From Alphaproteobacteria bacterium (lineage in GTDB: Bacteria > Pseudomonadota > Alphaproteobacteria > UBA2136 > UBA6156), in assembly GCA_020249005.1 (NCBI GenBank), contig JADCGN010000005.1, forward strand, positions 1 to 44,097: a stretch of DNA of 44,097 bases, read 5' to 3'. Below are positions 25,746 to 33,359 of this stretch, in pieces; positions within the stretch are counted from its first letter, which is position 1, and the number at the start of each line of letters is the position of its first letter. A program made the position numbers and the translations under genes. A model generated the notes under the pieces. It saw nothing but the letters and a program-made list of their open reading frames with translations, ran no database searches and was not told the origin of the DNA.

Positions 25746-28037
25746 ATGTTTTCCGCGCTCAAGCGCCTACTGCCGCACGCCAAGCCCAATACCCCGAATG
25801 TTGCTCTATGCCAGTTGCGCAGCAGCGTCCTGCTGGTGGGGATGATGCTGTTTGGGGCCTTGGCGTTGCTTACGCTGGCGGCTTGGGGCCCGCATCAGCT
25901 GCACGACTTGGCCCACCATTTGCTGTTACTGGCACTCCCCGTGTTCATTGGCTTAGGCGCCTTGGTATTTAGGCTGATGCAGGAAACCCAACAACATCTG
26001 CTGGCCCTGCAGGAATGGGCCAAGCAGGCCGACCAAGCCAAGACCGACTTCCTGGCCAACATGAGCCATGAAATCCGCACCCCGCTGAACGGGATTATCG
26101 GGATGCTGGAGCTGTTTGGCCAAATGAGCCTGAACGAGCGCCAGGCCGAGTATGTGCAAACCATCCGCAAGAGCAGCGAACAGCTGCTGCTGATTTTGAA
26201 CGACGTGTTGGACGTGGCGAAGATTGAAGCCAACCAACTGACCTTGGAACAGGCGCCTTTTGACGCCGCCAGCTGTGTCAATGACGTAGCCGAAACCTTC
26301 ATGATCCAAGCCCGCCAAAAGGGTTTGGAACTGGTGGTGCGGCACGACCCAAGCCACACCTGCCGGGTGGTGGGTGATGCGGGGCGCTTCCGCCAGATCA
26401 TCACCAACCTGCTGGGCAATGCGCTGAAGTTTACCGAGCAGGGCTATGTGTATCTTGGCTTTAGCCAACAGAATGAACCCAATGCCGACGGCGTCGCACC
26501 GTTTGTGTTGGAGGTGACGGATACCGGGATTGGCATGAGCTCGGTGCAGCAAGCGCGCCTGTTCCAACGCTTTATGCAGGCTGAAGCCGGCACCACCCGC
26601 AAATTTGGCGGCACCGGTTTGGGGCTAGCCATCTGCCGTGAGCTGGCCAGCCTGATGGGCGGGGAGATTGGCGTGCAAAGCATCGAAGGGCAGGGCAGCA
26701 CCTTCCGTGTGACGCTGCAGCTGAAGCTGGATGACCAAGGCTTGCAGCCCGGCAAGACCACGCTGCCGCCGCTAGATGTCTTGCGTGGCCGCCGCGTGCT
26801 GGTGGTGGATGACCAAGTCCTCACCCGCCGCATCTTGCGCGAAATCTTAAGCGGAGTGGGGATGCAGGTGGTGGAAGCCACCGGCGCCGCCGACGCCCAA
26901 GCCGTACTGCGCGCCAAGCCGTGCCACGCCGCGATAGTGGACAACCGTCTGCATGACGGCAATGGCCTGCAGTTGGGCCAGCAGCTGCATGCCATTAATC
27001 CGGCGGTGCACCTGGTGCTGCATACCAGCTTGGGCCAACGCGGTGAGGCCAAGCGCTTCGCCGAAGTGGGCTTTGGCGGCTATTTGCTGAAACCCTATGT
27101 GCCGTATGAGCTGTTGGATATGCTGCGTATCCTGCTGGGCCGCACCCAGCACCCCAACCCGCTGTTCGAGGGCTTCCTGACCCGTCACGTGCTGCGCGAG
27201 CTGCGCGAATACGGCCGCCGCAACACCGATACCACCGTGACCGAGGGCACCTACGGCCGCGTGTTGGTGGTGGAGGATGACCCGGTGAACCAGCAGGTGC
27301 TGGCGGCGCTATTGAAACAATTGGGCGCCGAGACGGTGCTGGCCAATCATGGCCAAGAGGGCCTGCAGCTGGCCACCCGTGCCACCCCCGACAATTCCTT
27401 CAGCCTCATCCTGATGGACATGAACATGCCGATCATGAACGGCCCGGCCTCGGCCAGTGCGATTCGCGCCGATGAGATGGAGCATGGCAAACTACCGGTG
27501 CCGATTGTCGCGCTGACCGCCAACGCGATGAAGGAACACCGCCAGCAATGCCTGCAGGCCGGAATGAGTGATTATCTGACCAAGCCGGTAACGCTGGACA
27601 AACTGAAAGCCCTGCTGGAAAAATGGAGCAATACCGGCGCCAATGCCGCCGACGTGAGCGCCGACCTACCGTTGCCCGAGGCGCCGAGCGATGCACAAAG
27701 CCTGGTGATGTCGCCCGAGGTGGTGGTGAATACCAGCCTGTTTGAAACCCTGACGGGGGGCGACGCCGCCACCGGCCAACGCTTGCTGGAATTGTTTATG
27801 GACAACACCAGCCGGGCGCTGGAAAGTTTGAGCGAGGCCGAATTCGGCAGCGAGGACTGGCGCAAGACGGCCCACCGCCTGAAGGGGAGTGCTGCCAGCC
27901 TGGGGATGTTCGGGCTGGCCGATTTGGCGAGCCAGGCCGAAACCGTGCCCGAAGGCAGCCGTAAGGAGGAACTGCTGATGGCGATGAGCGTGGCCTTTGA
28001 GGACGTGCGTACCTTTGCCACGCGGTATGGGGTTTAG
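25746..28037 (+). CDS. Hybrid sensor histidine kinase (2 TM - HisKA - HATPase - REC - REC - HPt)
   Basis: H-box NMSHEIRTPLNGIIGM. N/G boxes LLGNALKFT, DTGIGM and GGTGLGLAI. Two receiver domains (RVLVVDDQ...; RVLVVEDDP...LILMDMNMP...LTKPV). C-terminal HPt AHRLKGSAASLGM. Confidence 0.88.
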   Translation: MFSALKRLLPHAKPNTPNVALCQLRSSVLLVGMMLFGALALLTLAAWGPHQLHDLAHHLLLLALPVFIGLGALVFRLMQETQQHLLALQEWAKQADQAKTDFLANMSHEIRTPLNGIIGMLELFGQMSLNERQAEYVQTIRKSSEQLLLILNDVLDVAKIEANQLTLEQAPFDAASCVNDVAETFMIQARQKGLELVVRHDPSHTCRVVGDAGRFRQIITNLLGNALKFTEQGYVYLGFSQQNEPNADGVAPFVLEVTDTGIGMSSVQQARLFQRFMQAEAGTTRKFGGTGLGLAICRELASLMGGEIGVQSIEGQGSTFRVTLQLKLDDQGLQPGKTTLPPLDVLRGRRVLVVDDQVLTRRILREILSGVGMQVVEATGAADAQAVLRAKPCHAAIVDNRLHDGNGLQLGQQLHAINPAVHLVLHTSLGQRGEAKRFAEVGFGGYLLKPYVPYELLDMLRILLGRTQHPNPLFEGFLTRHVLRELREYGRRNTDTTVTEGTYGRVLVVEDDPVNQQVLAALLKQLGAETVLANHGQEGLQLATRATPDNSFSLILMDMNMPIMNGPASASAIRADEMEHGKLPVPIVALTANAMKEHRQQCLQAGMSDYLTKPVTLDKLKALLEKWSNTGANAADVSADLPLPEAPSDAQSLVMSPEVVVNTSLFETLTGGDAATGQRLLELFMDNTSRALESLSEAEFGSEDWRKTAHRLKGSAASLGMFGLADLASQAETVPEGSRKEELLMAMSVAFEDVRTFATRYGV

Positions 28038-28144
28038 AACCACCACGCGCCCAGCACAAAGCCAACGATGGCGCCTGACACAGCGCAGGCGAGGTAGGCG
28101 AGGGTCATTTCGGGGCGGTGAGAGTCGTCTGACGGTTTTGGCAT
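28034..28144 (-). CDS. Candidate 36-aa single-pass membrane peptide
   Basis: Not in the track because it is too short. ATG at 28144-28142, with AGGAG 10 nt upstream. It encodes MPKPSDDSHRPEMTLAYLACAVSGAIVGFVLGAWWF. 27 of 36 third positions are G/C, which fits local coding bias. Its 3' end overlaps the kinase stop by 4 nt (convergent). Confidence 0.35.
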   Translation of the reverse strand: MPKPSDDSHRPEMTLAYLACAVSGAIVGFVLGAWWF

Positions 28145-28171
28145 GGGCAAAGGGCTCCTGTTGATCGCACA

Positions 28172-28198
28172 CAAAAGCCTCCTAAATTTTTAGGAGGC
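28172..28198 (-). terminator. Hairpin plus T-run: terminator of the upstream structured region, or attenuator ahead of the 36-codon ORF
   Basis: On the minus strand, GCCTCCTAAA/TTTAGGAGGC forms a perfect stem (28177-28198) followed by TTTTG. Confidence 0.45.
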
Positions 28199-28200
28199 CG

Positions 28201-28563
28201 GGTGTTCGTAACCGCTACAGGAACGGCGCGGCGCTTTTAGACTTACGCCCTGGACAGGGCACCGCCACCCGGCCGTAAGCCGGAACATGCGTACCGGGTT
28301 GCCCCAGAAACGCAAACAGCACCTCGCTTGGCGGTGCCTGCCACCTGTAATCGGGGTTACGAGCCCCAGCGCTCACGCGCCAACTGCATTAGCTGTGAGG
28401 TGATGAACTGTGTCAAGCGCCTTTGGGGGGTAAGAACCCGGCGCCCCCCCAAAGCGGATTACGCCACAGTTCTTCAAGCGAGCTGCGCACGCTCTTTGTG
28501 TGGCGTTGCCCTGCGGGTCGAACCGCCTAGCGGATCTCAGCACCCTTGGGTTCACCAAAATTT
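28201..28563 (-). ncRNA. Unassigned helix-rich non-coding region (candidate structured RNA or long leader); strand inferred only
   Basis: No credible ORF in about 360 nt. Several perfect helices are visible: 28421-28430 with 28445-28454 (10 bp); 28258-28266 with 28330-28338 (9 bp, long-range); 28269-28273 with 28279-28283; 28353-28356 with 28364-28367; 28247-28251 with 28256-28260. It is bounded by hairpin-plus-T-run terminators on the minus strand at both ends. Confidence 0.3.
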
Positions 28564-28583
28564 AAAACCCCCTGCCGGGGGCT
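28561..28583 (-). terminator. Rho-independent terminator after tRNA-Ala
   Basis: The minus strand reads CCCCC-GGCA-GGGGG followed by TTTTAAATTTT, 10 nt after the tRNA CCA end. Confidence 0.6.
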
Positions 28584-28592
28584 TGAAATTTT

Positions 28593-28668
<76 letters not shown>

Positions 28669-28678
28669 CTCAGGGCGT

Positions 28679-28707
28679 GAAGTAAGGGAAGGGGCTGCCG
28701 TTGTCAA
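28679..28707 (-). promoter_or_regulatory. Candidate sigma70-type promoter for tRNA-Ala
   Basis: The minus strand reads TTGACA (28707-28702), a 17-nt spacer, then TACTTC (28684-29679 region, a weak -10), ending 10 nt before the tRNA 5' end. Confidence 0.3.
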
Positions 28708-28730
28708 CGCGCCAAAGTAAAAAAGCTGGT

Positions 28731-28766
28731 AAAAAAGCCCGTAGCGGAAGAATTTCCGTTACGGGC
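28731..28766 (-). terminator. Rho-independent terminator after the 28822-29025 ORF
   Basis: The minus strand reads GCCCGTAACGGAA-ATTC-TTCCGCTACGGGC (13-bp stem with one G-U pair) followed by TTTTTT. Confidence 0.5.
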
Positions 28767-28821
28767 CCCCCTGTGCTGTCGGCCGCACAAACTATGGCGT
28801 TTGGGTGCGTGCCGTGTGTGC

Positions 28822-29025
28822 CTAGCTGGCTGCCGACCTCCGCGTCAGCCAATCCTGCAGGGGCTGACGGCTAAATTCGTTCAAAATCTGCGGCACGGCT
28901 GCGGGCTCGAAGCCCAGTTGCTCGGCCAGCTTGGTGGCGTTTTCGATGGCGTTGGCGTCGTGTTCCAGCAAATACGCCCAATAGGCGTGGTTGATGGTGC
29001 GGATGGCGTCGAGATAGTCTTGCAT
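28822..29025 (-). CDS. Small (67 aa) hypothetical cytoplasmic protein
   Basis: ATG at 29025 preceded by AAGGGAAAC. It encodes MQDYLDAIRTINHAYWAYLLEHDANAIENATKLAEQLGFEP... and has its own terminator. No family recognised. Confidence 0.5.
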   Translation of the reverse strand: MQDYLDAIRTINHAYWAYLLEHDANAIENATKLAEQLGFEPAAVPQILNEFSRQPLQDWLTRRSAAS

Positions 29026-29246
29026 TGGGTTTCCCTTTCTTGTTGGCCCAAAATGTGGTGCGGCAGCACGCTCCAACGGGTTGGGCAAGCGAGAAACTGG
29101 TACCAACGGGCGGCCACAGGGGCGGGCGGCGCGCTGAAAAGTGATGTTTCCCCCATTGTTCGGCAGCGGCGGCAGGTGGTGGCTTCCGGCGCTGGGCAGT
29201 GGTCCCTCAACCGCCGCCTGCTTAAAAGCGTAGCAAACCGCGCTGC

Positions 29247-29951
29247 TCAGTCAACAACTTTTATAATCTTTTTATTTGAGTGAGTTGCGTCATGTTTGGC
29301 GGATGACTGACACATTTTTTCCACAGGGCATTGGGGGCAACGTGGGCCGATTGCCCTGCAGGTGTAGCGGCCGTGCAGAATCAGCCAATGGTGGGCGTCG
29401 CGCACATACGCGGGCGGGATCCGCTTGGGCAGTTCGGCGGCCATTGCATCGGGCGTGGTGGCCGCCGCAAGCCCCAAGCGCCGCGCCACCCGAAAGACGT
29501 GGGTATCCACCGCCACCACCGGGGCGCCCCACAGCGTGTTGGCCACCACGCTGGCGGTTTTACGGCCCACCCCGGGCAGGGCTTCCAGCGCAGCCATCTC
29601 GTGTGGCACCGTACCGCCGTGGCGTTCCAGTAGCAGTTTGGAAAGGGCGATGACGTTTTTCGCCTTGGTTTGATACAGGCCAATCGTGCGGATCGCCGCC
29701 TTCAGGTTGTCTTCGCCCCAGGCCAACATCGCTTGGGGGGTTTGGATCTGGGGAAAAAAGGTGGCGGTGGCCTTGTTGACGGCCACGTCGGTGGTTTGGG
29801 CGCTCATCACCACCGCGATCAGCAGCTGGTAAGCGTTGCCGTAGGCCAACTCGGTGGTGGGGTGAGGGTTGGCGGTTTGGAACGCGGCAAACAGCGCAGC
29901 CACCTCGGCCGCCGTTTTCCGGCGGGCGGGGCGTTCCAGCTGGCTGACCAT
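29247..29951 (-). CDS. nth: Endonuclease III
   Basis: LLIAVVMSAQTTDVAVNKAT, LPGVGRKTASVV (HhH) and the C-terminal 4Fe-4S cluster CRAIGPRCPQCPVEKMC. I chose the ATG at 29951 over the track start at 30143. Confidence 0.9.
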   Translation of the reverse strand: MVSQLERPARRKTAAEVAALFAAFQTANPHPTTELAYGNAYQLLIAVVMSAQTTDVAVNKATATFFPQIQTPQAMLAWGEDNLKAAIRTIGLYQTKAKNVIALSKLLLERHGGTVPHEMAALEALPGVGRKTASVVANTLWGAPVVAVDTHVFRVARRLGLAAATTPDAMAAELPKRIPPAYVRDAHHWLILHGRYTCRAIGPRCPQCPVEKMCQSSAKHDATHSNKKIIKVVD

Positions 29952-29971
29952 CGGGCGCGAAAATTTGGGTA

Positions 29972-30433
29972 CTAAAACGGCCAGCCCCACAGCCAGCCGT
30001 GCAGCAAGGCCGCGGTCACGGCAAAACCGCCGGCAATGAACAGGCTGGCGTCGATGCTGTCCTCGCCGTTGAGGATGGTCAGCACCACCATGCTGGCCAG
30101 CGCTGGGGTAAAGAGCACCACGAACAACGGCTGGGCCAGCCAATTCCAGACGGGGCTAGGGTGCAGCAGGCTCCCCACCAACCAAAACAGGCCGCCCAAG
30201 GCCATCAGTACGCTATCCACCACCACGCCGCGTTGGCTGCGCAGCAGTTCCAAGGAAAGCACCAGCAACCCCCCCACCACCAACAGTGGCCCAGTGCCGA
30301 GCAACAAGCTGCTGTTGGCCATCCCCCAGGCCAACCACTCCAGCGGCAATAGGGGTAAGATGCGTTGCCCCAACACGCCCAACCCCGCCGCCAACCAAGC
30401 GGCCGGGAGCGAGACGAGCACCAGTTGAATCAC
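29972..30433 (-). CDS. Polytopic membrane protein, unknown function
   Basis: 153 aa, almost entirely hydrophobic (Leu/Gly/Trp-rich). A GTG start overlaps the epimerase stop (GTGA). It lies within a co-directional run of polysaccharide-related genes. Confidence 0.5.
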   Translation of the reverse strand: MIQLVLVSLPAAWLAAGLGVLGQRILPLLPLEWLAWGMANSSLLLGTGPLLVVGGLLVLSLELLRSQRGVVVDSVLMALGGLFWLVGSLLHPSPVWNWLAQPLFVVLFTPALASMVVLTILNGEDSIDASLFIAGGFAVTAALLHGWLWGWPF

Positions 30434-31437
30434 CCAAGCAGCTCCCGGTGCGCCAGGTACCAGTCGTTGAGCTTTGCCAGGCCGGTGGCCAGCGGGGTGC
30501 TGGGGGCCCAGCCCACTGCAGCCTGCAGTTTTTCGGTGTTGGCGGCGGTGCGGTAAACCTCGGTGGCTGGGCGCGGCACCTTGTTGAGCTTGGCGGTGCG
30601 GCCCGTCACCTCTTCCAGCGTGGCGATGTAGGCATCCAGCCGGGTGGGCTGCTGGTTGCCCAGGTTGTAAACCTCGTGCGGCACCTTGGTGGTCGGCGCG
30701 GCGGGAATGAGGCGGACAATCGCCTCCACAATATCATCGATGTAGGTGAAATCGCGCCACAGGTCGCCATGATTGAACAGCTGAATTTCCTGGCCCTGGT
30801 GCAAGGCTTGCAGAAACAGCAGCGGGCTCATATCCGGCCGCCCCCAGGGGCCATACACGGTAAAGAAGCGCATGCCCGTAAGGGGCGTGCCAAACTGGGC
30901 CGCCCAGGCGTGGCTAATCGCCTCATCGGCCACCTTGGTAGCCGCATACAGGCTGGCCGGGGTGCTGACGTTGTCGGTCTCGCGGAACCCAGCCGCATCA
31001 TCTTCCCGGTTGCCGTACACGCTACTGCTGCTGGCATAGAGCAGGTGCTGCACCGGGGCGCCGGCCTCCGCCAGGCTTTTGCTGGCCTGCAGCACGTTGA
31101 AGTGGCCGATCAGGTTGCTGTGCAAATAGGGCTGCTGGGCCTGCAGGCCGTAGCGCACCCCGGCCTGGGCGGCCAGGTGGAGGATCATGCTCGGCTTGGT
31201 GGCTAAGGCCAAGGCGGTAAGCTCGGCTAGGTCGGCCAAGTCCAGCCGATGGAAGGCAAAGTTGGCCGCCTGCGGATGCTTGGCTAATTCCGCCAACCGG
31301 GCCTGCTTCAGCGCCGGGGTGTAGTAGTCGTTCAGGTTATCCACCCCCACCACGCGCCAACCCTCGGCCAGCAGGCGTTGCGCGCAGGCGAAGCCGATGA
31401 AGCCCGCGGCGCCGGTCAGCAGTATGGTATCGGCCAT
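30430..31437 (-). CDS. NAD-dependent nucleotide-sugar epimerase (UDP-glucuronate 4-epimerase-like, SDR family)
   Basis: ILLTGAAGFIGFACAQRLL (GxxGxxG) and YAATKVADE (YxxxK). Overall similarity to the CapI/LpsL-type epimerases as I recall them. Confidence 0.85.
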   Translation of the reverse strand: MADTILLTGAAGFIGFACAQRLLAEGWRVVGVDNLNDYYTPALKQARLAELAKHPQAANFAFHRLDLADLAELTALALATKPSMILHLAAQAGVRYGLQAQQPYLHSNLIGHFNVLQASKSLAEAGAPVQHLLYASSSSVYGNREDDAAGFRETDNVSTPASLYAATKVADEAISHAWAAQFGTPLTGMRFFTVYGPWGRPDMSPLLFLQALHQGQEIQLFNHGDLWRDFTYIDDIVEAIVRLIPAAPTTKVPHEVYNLGNQQPTRLDAYIATLEEVTGRTAKLNKVPRPATEVYRTAANTEKLQAAVGWAPSTPLATGLAKLNDWYLAHRELLG

Positions 31438-31441
31438 GGGC

Positions 31442-32377
31442 TTAGGCCTCGCGCGGCGCTTGGCGGCGCTCGTACTTGGCGGCGGTTTGCTGCAGGAAGG
31501 GCTGCAGGCGCGGCGCGATGTAGGGGTCGTTCATCGCAAAGTACAGGTTGGCCATCTGGAAGCCGACTTTATCGCCGCAGTCAAAGCGCGGGTTTTGCAG
31601 CAGATGGGCCTGGAAGCCTTCGTCCTTCGCCACCAGTTCCATCGCGTCAGTCAGCTGAATTTCGCCGCCCTTGCCGGGCTTGCCGTTGGCCAGCAACGCC
31701 ATGTGGCGGGGGCTGAGCACATAGCGGCCGACAATCGCGCAGCGGCTGGGGGCCTCTTCGGGCTTAGGCTTTTCCACGAAGCCCTTGATCGGCATCGCGC
31801 CGCCCGCCACCGGCCCGGCGGGGTCGCAGATGCCGTAGTTGCTGGTGCGTTCGGCCGGCACCTCCTCGGCCAATACCACGCTTTGCCCGGTGGTTTCGTA
31901 CAGGTCGATCATGCGCTTCAGGTCATTGCCGTTGTTGCGGCAAAGAATGTCATCGGGCAGCAGCACGGCAAAGGGGTCATCGCCGGTGATGGTGTGGCCG
32001 CACCACACCGCATGCCCCAGGCCCAAGGGCTCGCCTTGGCGGGTGTAGTAAATCCGGGCGTCTTTCGGCACCACGTTGGTCACCAGCTCCAACTCGGCCA
32101 GTTTACCCTTTTTTTGCAGGGTATCGGCCAACTCATAGGGGTAGTCGAAGTGGTTTTCCATCGCCGCCTTGCCGCGCCCGGTGATGATGATGAACTCGCG
32201 GATTCCGGCCTCATACGCCTCTTCCAGCGCATATTGAATAATCGGCTTGTTGACCACGGTCAGCATTTCTTTTGGCATCGCCTTGGTAGCGGGCAAAAAG
32301 CGCGTGCCAAGCCCGGCGGCCGGGATAATCGCTTTGGTGACTTTACGCGGAGTGACGGGTGCGGTGGGTGTGTTCAT
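31442..32377 (-). CDS. galU: UTP--glucose-1-phosphate uridylyltransferase
   Basis: KAIIPAAGLGTRFLPATKAMPKEMLTVVNKPIIQYALEEA and VEKP, typical of GalU. Confidence 0.9.
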   Translation of the reverse strand: MNTPTAPVTPRKVTKAIIPAAGLGTRFLPATKAMPKEMLTVVNKPIIQYALEEAYEAGIREFIIITGRGKAAMENHFDYPYELADTLQKKGKLAELELVTNVVPKDARIYYTRQGEPLGLGHAVWCGHTITGDDPFAVLLPDDILCRNNGNDLKRMIDLYETTGQSVVLAEEVPAERTSNYGICDPAGPVAGGAMPIKGFVEKPKPEEAPSRCAIVGRYVLSPRHMALLANGKPGKGGEIQLTDAMELVAKDEGFQAHLLQNPRFDCGDKVGFQMANLYFAMNDPYIAPRLQPFLQQTAAKYERRQAPREA

Positions 32378-33356
32378 GCGCGCGGATATACCATGCCACA
32401 GCCGCCATGAGAAGCAGGCCTATGGCAAAGCCCAGTTCGGGCCACCCGGTGGCCAAGCTGCCCAACGCCAGGGCCAACAGCGTAAGGTTCAGCCCTAGCA
32501 CCCCGCCGCTCAGTTGCCGGTGGGTCAATCCCAAGGCCAGCGCCCGATGAAACCAGAAGGTTTTGTGCGGTACCCACGGCGCATGCCCGTGGGCAATCCG
32601 CCGCACGAGGGTGCTGGTGGCATCGCTGCAGAACACCAACGTTATGGTCATCAGCGGCCACAGCTGCTGCCAGGTGTTGTCGGCGGCGGCCACCAACAGC
32701 AGCCCGCCCAGCATAAAGCCCAGCCAAGTGCTGCCCACATCGCCCAAGAACACCCGGGCGGGCGCGCCGTTGACGCGCTGCAGCCCGGCTGCGGCGGCCG
32801 CCACCAGCAACGCCAGCGGCGCAAATGCTGGGGCTAAAAGCGCCACCGCGCAGGCGATGAACACCGCATTGCCGCTGGCCAACCCGTCGGCGCCATCCAT
32901 GAAGTTGTAGAGGTTCACGAACCAGCCCCAGGCCAACAGCAAAATCAACTTTTCCACCCACCAGGGCAGCACCCAGGCTTGTGGCAAAACGTCGAACAGT
33001 GGCGGCAAGTAGGCCAAGGCCAAGGCCACCGCCGGCAAGTGCACGGCCAGGCGCAGTTGGGGGTCGAGGTTCGCATGGTCATCGCGCCAGCCAATGAACG
33101 CCACGCCCAGCGACGCCAACAGCAGCACGTACAGAAAATTATCGTGCGGCAGCTGCAGCCACCATACCGCAAATAGCCCCAAGGGTACCGCCACCAGCGG
33201 CAGCAGCACCCCGCCACCGTGCGGGGTGGGGGTGGTGTGGCTGCTGCGGCTGCAAATCGGCGCCACCAGGCCGCCCTGGCGGCAGACATTTACCACCCAA
33301 GGGCCAAGCGCATAGATGCCGCCGAAGGCCAATCCTAACAGGGCCAGCTCGGTCAT
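32343..33356 (-). CDS. Glycosyltransferase family 4 polyprenyl-phosphate sugar-1-phosphate transferase (WecA/MraY-like)
   Basis: About ten hydrophobic helices and the NLYNFMDGADGLASG motif. Its 3' end overlaps the galU start by 35 nt. Confidence 0.8.
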   Translation of the reverse strand: MTELALLGLAFGGIYALGPWVVNVCRQGGLVAPICSRSSHTTPTPHGGGVLLPLVAVPLGLFAVWWLQLPHDNFLYVLLLASLGVAFIGWRDDHANLDPQLRLAVHLPAVALALAYLPPLFDVLPQAWVLPWWVEKLILLLAWGWFVNLYNFMDGADGLASGNAVFIACAVALLAPAFAPLALLVAAAAAGLQRVNGAPARVFLGDVGSTWLGFMLGGLLLVAAADNTWQQLWPLMTITLVFCSDATSTLVRRIAHGHAPWVPHKTFWFHRALALGLTHRQLSGGVLGLNLTLLALALGSLATGWPELGFAIGLLLMAAVAWYIRAHEHTHRTRHSA

Positions 33357-33359
33357 CCG

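Noticed and set aside
28061-28078. The plus-strand codons GCC AAC GAT GGC GCC TGA (A-N-D-G-A-stop) resemble the start of a tmRNA tag.
   Set aside because: It is too short, does not end in Ala-Ala in the usual context, has no surrounding tRNA-like structure, and lies antisense within the better-supported 36-codon ORF.
28201-28563. Calling this region tmRNA (ssrA), RNase P RNA or SRP RNA.
   Set aside because: The tmRNA-like 5' motifs are present. I could not find an acceptor stem with G3:U70, a T-arm adjacent to ACCA, or a plausible tag ORF; the candidates end in ...AVGA or ...AQLA. The universal RNase P box GGAAAGUCCGGGC and the SRP GGAA-loop motif are absent. The region is kept only as an unassigned structured region.
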